The notes under the pieces were generated by a model that worked only from the letters and a program-made list of their open reading frames with translations, did not search any database and had not been told where the DNA came from. A stretch of 64,000 nt of DNA. Source: the human T2T-CHM13v2.0 reference genome, Homo sapiens. The stretch lies in assembly GCF_009914755.1 (NCBI RefSeq), contig NC_060941.1; one strand, given 5' to 3'. How positions within the stretch are numbered: position 1 is the stretch's first letter; each line of letters opens with the position of its first letter. Made by a program: the position numbers and the translations under genes. Shown one piece after another: positions 14,868 through 28,469 of this stretch.

Positions 14868-15252
14868 ACTCTTAGTCTGTTTTATGCTGCTATAATAGAA
14901 TACCTGAGACTGGGTAATTGATTATGAACAGAAATTTATTTGGCTCATGATTCTGGAGGCTGAGAAATCCCAGAGCATGGTGCCAGTATCTGACAAGGGC
15001 CTTTGTGCTCCATCATCCTATGGCAGAAGCAGAAGGGAAAGAGAGCAAGCGAGCAAGAGAGGGCTAAACTCACTTTTGTAGCAACCCACCCTTGTGATAA
15101 CGAACCCACTGCTGAGATAATGGCATTAATCCATCATGTCCACCCTCTGCCCTCATGGCCTAATCACCTCTTAACAGTCCCACTTCTTAATACCATCACA
15201 ATGGCAATTACATTTCAAAATGAATTTTGAAGGGGACATTCAAATCATAGCA
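14868..15252 (-). mobile_element. MST-type MaLR solo LTR
   Basis: 'tcttagtctgttttatgctgctataatagaatacctgagactgggtaat...caaatcatagca'. Confidence 0.85.
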
Positions 15253-15659
15253 CAGTCCAATTATCCATCAATAGGAGAATGGATTTTTAATACTTTGGTA
15301 TATTCACGCAATGGAAGAACACTGAACAATAAAATGGAACAAATTACTGATACATGCAAAATCACGGATGCATCTTTCACACATTCTGGGCACATAAGCC
15401 TGACACAAAAGACTATATATTATATGGCTCCATTTATGTGAAACTCTAAAACATGCACAAGTAATCTATGGTGCAAAAATGAGAAGGTAGTAATCTGAAA
15501 GGCAATAGGATGGACTGGGAAGAGACCTACTGGAACTTTCCAAGATGATGGAAGTGTTCTAAATCTCATAGATGTGTACATTTTTCAAAACTCATTGAAT
15601 TGTGTAGTTAAGATTTGTGTATTTCACTGCATATAAATGTTACCTTATAAAAGAAACAA

Positions 15660-16743
15660 TTTTGAAGGTTTGCTTTTCACAGTGGTACTGATCAGAAGTT
15701 CTGAAACTTTTTTCTATGTATTGTAAATGAGTAAAGATATTCAGGATAATGGGATCCAGGTTTCTCACTATAGAGGGCAGAATTAATATGGAAAAGATGC
15801 ACCCTGCAGTGTTGGTTCGGAATTTCACACTGGAAACATCAATATGAACTCATGATTTTGTGTATACGTGTGCAAGCACGTGTGTGTTTGCTGTGAGAGC
15901 CTATAAACAATACACGCCAGAGGCCATGAGCACATTTAGAGCTAAGATCTTCGGTTCCAAATACTATTTTCCACCAAAAGGAACCAACCACTGGAGAAAA
16001 GACTGACTCCAGGGCTAGAATAAGGAATATACAAATGAGCCTGGAACATCTTGTACACCAGAGAGTGCTTGAAGGAGCTCCCAGTGGCCAAATATGGGAC
16101 AATTTGAGCATCATAATAAATAATAATACTAATAGGTTATAATCTATTCAATAAAATAAGGCTCTATGAGTTGATACTGATGTAAATAAAGGAATAAATA
16201 AATAGGGAGAAGAGAAAGCTCTTCTTTATAGTAGCAAGCCAACCGATAGTATAGAAGGAATGGTGGAGTTAGATAATCATCAATGGATGTTAAAACTCAT
16301 GGGTGAATTTTTGATGGGGAATAGCATATTTAAATACTCTCAAAATATCTCCTAATAAATTACGTATTAATTACAAAGAGAAAAATAGTAACTCTACAGT
16401 GGAGAAACTGGGCAGACACCGCTATAACCATGTGATCAAATGTAACATCACCAACATTGGGACAAACCTCCATCATGTGTGTCATGATACAGTGCACTGA
16501 CAAGGGCGCAGCATCACTTCAGTGGCATTCTGCCAAAAATGCAGAACCTGAATCTAATCGTGAGGACATATTGCATAAATGCAGTCAGAGAGAGGGAGGA
16601 AGGGGAGAAAGAGGAAGAAGGAGAGAGAAGCAAACGGGGCAAAATGTAACTGGCAAACACAAGGGTATAAGCGAGTTCCTTGCACTATTCCTGCAACGTT
16701 TCTGTAAGTTTAAAATTGTATCAAAATACAAAGTTACCAAAAA
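15660..16743 (+). mobile_element. L1MC/L1MD-type 3' UTR
   Basis: 'aaatgagcctggaacatcttg', 'acagtggagaaactgg', 'ttccttgcactattcctgcaacgtttctgtaagtttaaaatt'. Confidence 0.75.
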
Positions 16744-17258
16744 TGTTGGGAAAGGTGCTGTGAGATAATTCCCTGTGGGTCTCCCATGTTTCTGTCTATC
16801 TTGTGAGCAGAGCCACATATAGTTGTCCCAGATTGTCTTTTCAAAGATATTTGTATAGTCAAGAGCCTTGAAAGATAGAGTTTGAATCCCCTGCTGGAGA
16901 TTTGTTTACTGTTGAGTATAATAATATACTGTCTCCCTCCAGGGCAAAGGTTGGGTAGGTTTGCTTGCAGCCCATTACAGAAAATTTGTGTTCCCTAAAC
17001 TCAAGGCGCCTCAGCTTTGATGAAACTCTACTTTGTGCACAGCATCCACCAGAACCCCTCGGTGTTACTCCTGTGAGACTTCAGATGCAAAAGGAACTGA
17101 TGCAATCACTAAGCTCATGAAACTTAACGTGTCATGAGTAATAAAGTCCGTTGTCTCCAACCCAAGAGTCTTGTGTCCTCTGCCAGCATCCCTGAAACTG
17201 TAACAGACTAACTTGCTTACAAGTATGAAGAAGTCTCAGCCCCTTCACAGTTTGATGA
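16744..17258 (+). mobile_element. ERVL solo LTR (LTR40-like)
   Basis: 'cttttcaaagatatttgtatag...agccttgaaagatagag' and 'gagtaataaagtcc...tgccagcatccctgaaactgt'. Confidence 0.7.
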
Positions 17259-17766
17259 TTGCTCATGTATTTGGGAATTGCCCATATATTTGGGAATAGT
17301 GTGGCTAGAGATCTGTCTGGAGGGAGTAGACAGAATTGATGTCAAACAACAGAAAAAAATGAGGAGGGTACAACAGGGGCTTAACAGTCAAGAGGGAGTG
17401 GTGATTAAGATAAGAATTCTGAGATTTGCAATAATGGGAGCAAGACTATGGCACCAATTACATTAGTGACAAATTCATTTTCTGGGGGATTTTGGGGGCT
17501 TGCTTGTTTGTGTAGTTCTCATCACATATGCATACATAAAATAGAGACCCAAGAGATGTTATTCATCTGGGTTGTTAGCTAATTGGTGCCAGAGAATGTG
17601 GACCTACTTTTTATTTTTTATTTTTTATTTTTTTTGCTCTTAGTAGCATATGACACAGTGGTTGGCATAATAAATGCCTTTTAATCGATTGTTTCCATAA
17701 GAAATAGCACTATTTTTGTGCTGGCATTCGTGGTAGAGAGAAAATGAGTTTTCATGAACCCCTTTT

Positions 17767-18128
17767 GCTATGATCTGAATTATTATGTTTCCTCCAAATT
17801 TATATATTGAAATCCTCACCTCCAAGGTAATGGAATTAAGGGGTTGGAGCCTTTGGAAGGTGATAAGGTCATGAGGGAAGACCCTTCACAAGTGGGATGA
17901 GTGCCCTTACAAAAGAGGTCTCAGAGAAACCCACCGTCCCTTCTGCCATATGAGGTTAAAGTGAGAAGACAGCTGCCTAGAGAAAGTGGGGCTTCATCAG
18001 ACAGGGAATCTTCCAGTACTTTGATCTTAGACTTCCCAGCCTCCAGAACTGTGAGAAATAAAGGTCTGTGGCTTACAAGCCACCTCATCTACAGTCTTTT
18101 GTTATAGCAGCCCAAACAGACTAACACA
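17767..18128 (+). mobile_element. MLT1A-type MaLR solo LTR
   Basis: 'tgctatgatctgaat...cttcccagcctccagaactgtgagaaataaa...cagcccaaacagactaacaca'. Confidence 0.9.
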
Positions 18129-18275
18129 CCCTTCATACTATTTCACTAAAAAAAAAGAAAAAGCTTTTTAATCCTCATTATAAATGTAATTAATGTTTAC
18201 TGGAATAAACAGGAAATTTTAAAGAACAAAATTAAGATCATCCTGATCTCACTATTCAGAGAAAATCACCTTTAA

Positions 18276-18652
<377 letters not shown>

Positions 18653-18776
18653 CCTGAAACTCTATTGTATGTAATTTTGTATCTTGCCTTTTAAACCTTT
18701 TCTATTATACTGAAATGGTTTTATATCATTAAATTTTCTTTGGAAGCATAACTTTAATAACCATATATTATATTTA

Positions 18777-19450
18777 GGCTGGGCATGGTGGTTCATGCCT
18801 TGATATGGTTTGACTCTGTGTCCTCCCCTCAAATCTCATTTCAAATTGTAATCTCCATAATCCCTACGAGTCGAGTGAGGGACCAGGTGGGAGGTGATTG
18901 GATCATGGGGGCAGTTTTCCCCAGGCTTTTCTCGTGATAGAAAATGAGTTCTCACGAGATCTGATGGTTTTATAAGGGGATCTTCCCTCTTTGCTCCTCA
19001 CTCATCTCTCTCCTGCTGTCATGTGAAAGAGGTCATTGTTCCCCTTCCCCTTCTGCCATGCTGGTAAGTTTCCTGAGGCTTCCATGGCCATGTGGAACTG
19101 TGAGTCAATTAAATCTCTTTTCCTTACAATAAATTACCCAGTCTCGGGTAGTACTTTTATAACAGTATGAGAATACATTCCTGTAATCTCAGCACTTTGG
19201 GAGGCCAAGGCAGGAGGATCACTTGAGCCTAGGAATTCAAGATCAGCCTGGGCAGCATAGGGAGACCTCATCTCTACAAAAAATTTTTAAAAATTTAGCT
19301 GGGCAGGGTGGCATGTACCTGTAGTGCCAGCTACTCAGAAAGTTGAGGTGGGAGGATCACCTGAACCCAGGAGGTTGAGGCTGCAGTGAGCCATGATTGC
19401 TCCACTGCACTCCAGCCTGGATGACACAGCAAGAACCTGTCTCAAAAAAA
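18777..19450 (+). mobile_element. AluJ interrupted by a THE1 LTR
   Basis: First 24 nt at 18777-18800; the Alu resumes 'cctgtaatctcagcac' at about 19180. Confidence 0.9.
18801..19177 (+). mobile_element. THE1D-like MaLR solo LTR
   Basis: TGATATGG...ATACA, 377 bp; 5-bp flanks tgcct/ttcct. Confidence 0.9.
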
Positions 19451-19995
19451 TCAAATACATCTATATATATACTGAATCTGCCATCATATATTTAGTTATT
19501 TTTCCAGTTATGATCATTATATTATTTCTAATTTTTTGCTTGATTTTATTCAATAAACTCTGATTATTTGTTTAGGATTAATTTCTGTGGGTGGAATTAC
19601 TGGATGAAGTCATTGCCAGCTAGCTTTCTAGAATAGTTCTTCTACTTTGCCACTCCATATACAAGCATACCAGTATGCATATATTGCCTGGTAAAATCTT
19701 AACCAAATTTAAACCACCAAATTTGAATTAAAAGCATGTATTTTAATTTGCAATTATCAATAAGTTTGTACTTTAAAATATGAATATTAACATTTGTATT
19801 CTTATTCCACAATTTGTTTGTGTTCTTTGCTCACTTTTAAAATTGGGACTTCAGTGATTTTGTCATTGATTTGTAAAACTGCTTTAAACATTAAGGTTGT
19901 TAACTTTTTCTCTATCATAATTGTCACTTTTTTGTATAATTTATTATTGCCTTTTAAATGTTGTCATTTTTTGAAAGATAGAAGTTAAAATTTTA

Positions 19996-20628
<633 letters not shown>

Positions 20629-21417
20629 CTGTTGTGTGTTTTTATACTACTTTAAAATGTTCTGAAATGTATGTGGTAAAAATTCTGATGGGAGACACTA
20701 ACTTAATTTTTCCCAGAATAATCATTTCCCTCAGTATGAATTATTAAATATTCTATACTTCTATTAATTTGAGATGTCCTTTTAATCATATGCTAAATTC
20801 TTATATACTGTGGGGAAGTGGATCTTACTATTTTTGCTACCTCCACAAAACTCAAAATAACAATATGCAAGGATTTGTAACTGGAGAGTTTGATCCTAAA
20901 GGGAGGCTTAACAAAATTTCCAGCGGATGGCGTGCATTGTTGAAAAAAGCCCTTCTTTTTGAAAATTACTATGTTAGAAGACACATAATCTATTTTGTTA
21001 ATCTAGTTACAGATTCTCGTGCTTTGTTTATTGTAGCTCTTTTAGCATACTTTTCTAGTAGAGTTAGCCTCCCCCACTTACCTTCTTTTTAAAAAAATTA
21101 TTGGTTGTTTTTGCTTATTTATTCTTTTGTATGAACTTTACGATTTCTTTATCAAGCTCCTCACTTGGATAGTAATTCAACTTACATTAAGTGGGTATGT
21201 TAATTTGTAAAGCATTGCCATTTTAGATTTGTCATCTTTTATGTCTCTTAGTCAAATTGTATGCTTTTCTTCACATAGGCTATTACTTGAAACTTTACCC
21301 TATTGGGTCTTGGTTTATTTTTGTCAAAATCCAATTTTCACTCACTTTTGCCTTTCACTCACTTCCTCTTCTAGCTAGGTTCAGTTACTTTTTCATGTGA
21401 GGCCGCATGGAGTAGGC

Positions 21418-21581
21418 CAGTGGTTCTCAGACTTTAATAGGCATTAGCATCACCTGAAGTGCCTGTTAAAACACAGATTTTTCTGATTCCATAGTTCTGG
21501 GATTAGGCCCAAGAATTTGCATTTCTAACAAGTCCCAGGTGATGCTGAAGCTGGTCCCAGGGATTACACTGCAAACCACTG
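21418..21581 (+). mobile_element. MER5A (hAT-Charlie)
   Basis: TIRs cagtggtt / aaccactg; 'gaatttgcatttctaacaagtcccaggtgatgctga'. Confidence 0.9.
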
Positions 21582-21605
21582 GTATAGACCAATGCTTCTC
21601 AAACT

Positions 21606-21726
21606 CTGATTATTTAATAAACTCTTATTAAATAATCTTATCTGATTAATATCTGATTAATAACTTATCTGATTAATTTTAGCTGATTAATAACTCTTAT
21701 CTGATTAAAATAAACTCATTCTTATC
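21606..21726. repeat. Irregular tandem array of (ttat)ctgattaat units with a hairpin
   Basis: Six CTGATTA copies; 13-bp inverted repeat at 21608-21637. Confidence 0.9.
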
Positions 21727-21739
21727 AAACGTTAATGTG

Positions 21740-22094
21740 TGATATGGTTTGGCTGTGTCCCCACCCAAATCTCATTGTGAATTGTAGCTCCCACAATTCC
21801 CACACGTTGTGGGAAGGACTTGGTGGGAGGTAATTGAATCATGGAAATGGATCTTTCCTGTGCTGTTCTTGTGATAGTAAGTCTCACGAGATCTGATGGT
21901 TTTATAAACCGTAGTTTTCCTGCACAAGCTCTCTTCTCTTGTCTGCCGCCATGTGAGACAAGCCTTTCACCTTCCAACATGATTGTGAGGCCTCCCCAGC
22001 CACGTGGAACTGTGAGTCCATTAAACATCTTTCTTTTGTAAATTGCCCAGTTTCGGGTATCTCTCTATCAGCAGCATGAAGACAGACTAATACA
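21740..22094 (+). mobile_element. THE1A/B MaLR solo LTR
   Basis: TGATATGG...TAATACA, 355 bp; perfect TSD ATGTG. Confidence 0.95.
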
Positions 22095-22239
22095 ATGTGC
22101 ATGGCAATTACACACATGGTTAAATGCAGGTTCTGATTTAGTAGGTCTTCACCAGGATCTGAGATTCTGCATTCTTAACAAGTTCTCAGGCCAATTCTGC
22201 TGCTGCTTGTCCACACACCACACTTTCAGCAGCAAGGGA

Positions 22240-22400
22240 ATAGAACAGAATGAAGAGTGTGGGCTTTGTAGTCTGACAAAACTGAGTTTGAATCCCAGTC
22301 TATACTTACTAATTGAGTAACCTTGAGCAAATAATTAATTTAACTTTTCTAAACCCAGACTTTATATTAAATCAAAAATAACAAAGCCTATTTTGTGAAA
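22240..22400 (+). mobile_element. MIR fragment
   Basis: 'ctgagtttgaatcccagtct...taaccttgagcaaataatt'. Confidence 0.65.
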
Positions 22401-22639
22401 TGATGTTATCTGGCACAAAGCAAATAATGTATGTTTTTTCTCTGACTCATAACTGAGAATTGTATTTGCCCTACTGAATATTGACTCAATATCAGAGTCA
22501 ACCCAAAACTATGGGTCTTTTGTTTGTAGTCTAATTGCAGGTAGCTTCATTTGAATCTCTAGGGTGGCATTTCTCAAACTGTGTTCCATAGAGATGTTCT
22601 TTAATGTTCTGTGGTCAAATTCATTATAAGCATATTTTC

Positions 22640-23400
22640 CTTTACATTGTTGAGCATAGTTATAATAGCTACTTTAAAATCCTTGTCGGCTAATTCCAAT
22701 ATTGGGGTCCTCTAGGTGTCGGTCTTTGTTGATTATCTTTTCTCTTGTAGGAGTCACATTTTCTGATTTCTTTGTATGCTGAGTAATTTTGGATTGCATT
22801 CTGGACAATGTGAATGATATGGTATAGACATTCTGAATTTTATGATGTTCCTTTAAAGAGATTTCCGTTTTTGTTTTAGCAGAAAGTTAACCTGGCTGAA
22901 CTCACACTGCAAACTCTGTCTTCCTGGAGAAAGACATCACTAAAATCTCAGTTAATTTATTTTTAGCTGGGCTTCTTGGAATCTGTTCCATGCATGCATG
23001 GTTCAGATGTCAGCCAGAGATTTATGCATAGAATTTGGGCCTCCTCCTTTCTGGTTCTCTCCTTTCTGAGATGTCCCCCACTTGCTAGCTGCTGTAGTTA
23101 TCCAGAGCTGTGTTTCTAGTTCTCCAAGTAACACTGAGCTTCTATTTGAGTTTTAACCATTCTTCCTGGAACAGCTCTCTGTAGAGCCTGTTCTAGGACC
23201 AAAAGCTGTAAAAATGGGAAATTCATCCAATGCCATTCCCTTCTTCAGTATTACAGCCCATTTTTGATCATTTTTTAGTAACTTCAAATAGTTGTCTGTA
23301 TTTTTTGAGAGTATATTTTCTCAAGAATTTAGTCTTTGTCTACAGAAGGGTTGGTCTAACATGAGTTACTTGGCCTTTACTAGAAGTGAAACCTGTGTGA
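22640..23400 (-). mobile_element. Old L1M 5'-region fragment
   Basis: 'ttataatagctactttaaaatccttgtcggctaattccaa...gtaattttggattgcattctggaca'. Confidence 0.6.
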
Positions 23401-23796
23401 TTTTCTTTAATCTAGTATTCCCTAAAGAGATTCTTTATTTGGCAGAACCTTATTAGCATATCACAGACCTTAGTATTTTAAAGAACCCATTATTGGAAAG
23501 TGCTATTCTCAGATTTTTCTCCTGGGAGGTTTAGAAAATGCTGATAAAATTAGGAGATTAGATAGTGATGAAGCAAAATGAGTTTTGAAGGAAAGCTGTT
23601 GGAAATAAACTTGAGAAATGCATGAAAAATGCAGTGTTTCTCTTAATACTCTTCAAGTAATATTCTATGGAGAAGGGTGGTGGTTTTCTACGGCATTGCT
23701 CTCTGAAATTAGAATACATTCCCAATTCCTTAATTTCTCTTAATCTATTATTAGGCAGTCGAGTTCCATACATTTATTTCAACCCTTCTTGAACCT

Positions 23797-23883
23797 ACCC
23801 ATGTGGAAGGCAGAAGCGCTGGGACATGACCACCCAACTCAGCTCTGAAGCAGCCCTCACACAATGACGGGGTTGGTATATAA
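23797..23883 (+). other. 87-bp LTR16-derived insert between 25-bp direct repeats
   Basis: Repeats at 23772-23796 and 23884-23908 are 23/25 identical; the insert aligns with 841-932. Confidence 0.75.
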
Positions 23884-24130
23884 ATTTATCTCAACCCTTC
23901 TTGAGCCTGTTCATATTGTTAATGTTATCTAATTTTACCATTAAATAAAAACCAAAATATTTGTTTAGGAGAATTAAGGCCTTTAATTTTATTTTGCTTA
24001 AAGTCCCAAGCCCAAAGGTTGGGAATATGCTACAATGGACCTACACAAATAAGTAAATAATACCAAATACTACACACAATCCATACAACCAAAAAGATTC
24101 AAGTAACCACCATTTTTTTCTGCCCTCTCA

Positions 24131-24493
<363 letters not shown>

Positions 24494-24889
24494 TAATTTG
24501 ATATTAGAAAATAACAGGATCAGTAAAGATTCAGCCTAACACCCATCTTTTAACTACAATGGATGTACAAGTAATAAAACTAAGCCATGATAGTTGCTAT
24601 TTAGATAAATAAAACTTGAGGTAAAGTGTCTTTTTGATCACAATAGAATAAATTGTTTTCATTACTGCCAAGTAAATTTTATTGTACTCTATTTCTCTGA
24701 AAATTGGCAAACAGTGTATCATAATAGCATAGAGAGGGAGGGGCCCAAGCTCAGAGGCCAGATACCCTGGGGTTGAATAATTCCTCAGTATTATAAAAAT
24801 TAAATTAGATAACATTTGTGAAATATATACTGTATATAAAATACCTAACATAATGGCTGACACTCAGTAAATGGTTTCCTTCTTCTATC

Positions 24890-27180
24890 TGGTTTTTCCA
24901 GGACTGCAAAAAGGAAATTCTTTGATAGAAAACCTGGACAGAAACATTTTATTTTATTTTTTAACTTCAGGCAGACAAAGGCATGAAAGAAATGTGCCCT
25001 TTTGTTGACTGATTGACAGCTCCAAACCGAACCAGAATTTTCAAAAGGTGGACCTGATCTCGTAACATTGTAAATTCAGTATCTATACGGTTCATGAAAA
25101 TTGTTTTCCCATTGCTTCTACCTTTATTGTCAAGCTGTCAAAATAGCAACTTCCTACTTAAGTTATATTTATGCAAGCATATAAAGTGCTTTTTATTAAA
25201 TTTACTTTTGGTTGAATTAGATGGACTATTTTAGAGGAAATAAATCATTTGTATAATGGTGAAGAAATTGACCTTATGGGCACCTTCCTAAGAATGATGT
25301 TTCATTAGTGCTGGATCAGCTTTTGGTATCTGCAAGACAATCTGAGATCTGGAGACCAAGGGCAGTATATTTCATTTACATACTCCATCAGGCTCTCTGC
25401 CTGGGTCCTAACTCACCTCACCAATGGGCTTACTTTTGTCTTCATTCTTTGTTCCTGATATATATATAGGCCAGTGCATTTGAGACAAAACCAATAAGAA
25501 GGCAGGAGCCAGGAGCTGTTTCTAATCCAAGCATCTCACATAGGTCAAACCTTTAAAGATGGGAATGAAAATGAAGCTGTCCACTCTGGTCCATTGTCAA
25601 AGAGGTCATTTGGCACTCATCTCACAAATGGGGTAGCATAAAAGATGGGAGGAATGGAGTGCGATGGGGGCAGGGGGAGGCGATATGCAGAAATGACCAG
25701 GCAGAAGGTTAGGCCCTTGGTTTCTCAGTCTACAAATCCTGGCTGTGATTAGATTTGGTACCGCACACTTTTCAGAGATTGCTGGGGGAGAAATCACCTG
25801 CCACCTGCATTCTGCTGGTTGGATTTGCTACTGATGGAGAAGGTATAGGCTTTACCCAGGACCGCATTTTTTTTTTTTAACTGCCTTACTCACATGTACC
25901 AATGCCACAGGAAATTGATGGTAACCAATTGTCTATGTGCTTTTGTTAGCACCTCTTTTCTGCTGTGCTGGGCTACACAATTACCACAGCCCTTGAGAAT
26001 GCTTATTGTCAATAGGAGTAATTTCACATCCCATCCATTTAGTGAAAAGATGTGAAAATTGATCCAGCTTCTGCGATAAGACTGGAACCAGGGTGCAGGC
26101 TACAAATGCCTTGGAAATAAATATATGTCCATCATTGTTTTCATTAGGTATTGCTGTAGCCCAGCCTCCAGGGAAATGAACTCAAGTCCAGCTGTCTTGC
26201 TGTAGAAGTTCAGATGTACTCCCAATCTGGTGAAGTGGGCTGTCAGTTTCATTTATTGTTAACTTTTTGTAGTGGTTGTCAAGTAAGGGGTTGGCAGTCT
26301 GAAGAGCACAATTCTGTTTTATCCACAGACAGGGGACAGTGTAATTCGACACTGGCTGCCAAGGAGGAACTTGTCCTTCCTATCCAGCTTATTGTCTGGA
26401 CTCTTTTTTTATGATTTCAAAAGTCTCTTCAAAAGGGCAACAAAATTAGCCTTAAATAGTATTTCTTGGATTGCCTTTAACAATGGCGATAAGGCCAAAG
26501 CTTCTAGTCTTGACAGAAGTGGTTTCATGACAACTTGTTTTTATCTTGCCAGAATAAGCAAGGAACTTAAAAATGTGTTTTCATTATGGCTAAAGACTGT
26601 GTTTCAGCTGATGTCTCTTGCAAGGAAAGAACAATCTGCAAACTCCATTATTATGTCTCTCATTCACTTTCTGCTCCTAAGGCAAAAAGATTTTTGTGTT
26701 GTTTTCTTTTTTGTTGTTGTTGTTTTAAAGAGGCCCTCTATTTCAATTAGCACAATTAACATATCAAGAATTTGTGTTTCCATAAATTCTACATTTCACT
26801 TCCAGGAATCAGACTTTAAAAATGACCTTCATTTACCAAGAGCTGTAATCAAGATGAAAATCTTCACCCTAAAAACTAACCTTGGAAACAGAAGGCTAAA
26901 AAAAGAAAAAGCATAATACAGACTGTGTTTTCCAAGTCTTCTTCCCTTGCCTGGTGACATTAGCCTGGCTTTGATCTATAGACATGACATCATCTATAGG
27001 GTGTGCCTTGTGCCAAACATACTACATTTCTTTAACCAAGACAGTGGTTTTGTGTAGACTTAGAGATCAAGGCTAAATAGCTTCAGAGCTGGTCTGAGTC
27101 TTCACAGACAAACAGGTCAGAGCATATGTGAGTTACACAACTCCTGCAGACAGCCCAGCCTCTTCCTCTGTGGCCCGCTG
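24890..27180. promoter_or_regulatory. Repeat-free island, candidate conserved enhancer
   Basis: About 2.3 kb with no recognisable repeat; many ACAAT/ATTGT motifs and two GCGATAAG motifs. Confidence 0.35.
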
Positions 27181-27189
27181 GAGAGTTTA

Positions 27190-27805
<616 letters not shown>

Positions 27806-28469
27806 TAATAAGAGAGGAGTATTCTGTGGTTGTTGTGTTAGGCTTGGGACCCTGCCTTTGCCCTCTGTTCCTAAAAGCCAAACTCACTGCTTCAACAGCA
27901 GGGAGTCTTCCCAGTCCACTCTGGCAATGGCATGCCACCTTGGTATAGTCCTCTCTGGTTTGACCCCAGAAATCTGTTCCAAGCTTCTCTCCTCAGTGGC
28001 TAACATCTCATGGGTTTTACTTTCCAAGGTAGGGATGGGGGAGGCGGGGAAGAAGGGTGCCTGAGCACAGAGCCACGTCAAGTGGAGAGCAGGGGACCCA
28101 AGGAGGATGGGAGCAGACCTTTAGGTACCACAGGGAACAGTGGAGGAGCAGGTAGCTGGGGAGGCTCAGGTTGGGGAGGGGCCAGGGAAATTTAGACCAA
28201 AAGTATTCAGAATCTATGCTGATATGAAGAATAGTCAAAGGTGCAATTAAAGCATCTCTGAAATAAAGATGTGAGGTCGTGATTCTAAATCCAGCCTCAT
28301 ATTTTCCTAGGGTATATGTGCTGGGGAAATATGAAGCCACAGGGTAAACAAGGTCCTTTTTTTCTGGAATGTCAGCCTTATCAACCACTTTATAAAGCTT
28401 CCAATTACAAATGAATTAACTTAAGCAACTGCCGCCCACCACCCCCCACCACCCATCTTTTTGGAGGGG

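Larger units (their letters stand above)
13976..15660 (+). mobile_element. Older L1M fragment interrupted by two LTRs
   Basis: Translation 'KCSTSLIIRETQIRTT...RMAKI' resembles the L1 ORF2p C-terminus; sequence resumes 'gcaactggaactctcatac' after the first LTR. Confidence 0.8.
21590..22236 (+). mobile_element. MER5B-like element split by AT-rich filler and a THE1 LTR
   Basis: 'caatgcttctcaaact' ... 'ttaatgtg' [LTR] 'atgtgcat...ctgagattctgcattcttaacaag...cacactttcagcagcaag'. Confidence 0.75.

Noticed and set aside
21606-21726. CRISPR-like or regular minisatellite reading of the short repeats
   Set aside because: No constant repeat with unique spacers, irregular period, and a eukaryotic context
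26371-26916. Longest ORF in the track (181 aa, + strand)
   Set aside because: Starts at TTG, includes low-complexity FFFVVVV from a T-rich tract, has no recognisable domain or exon structure; compatible with chance
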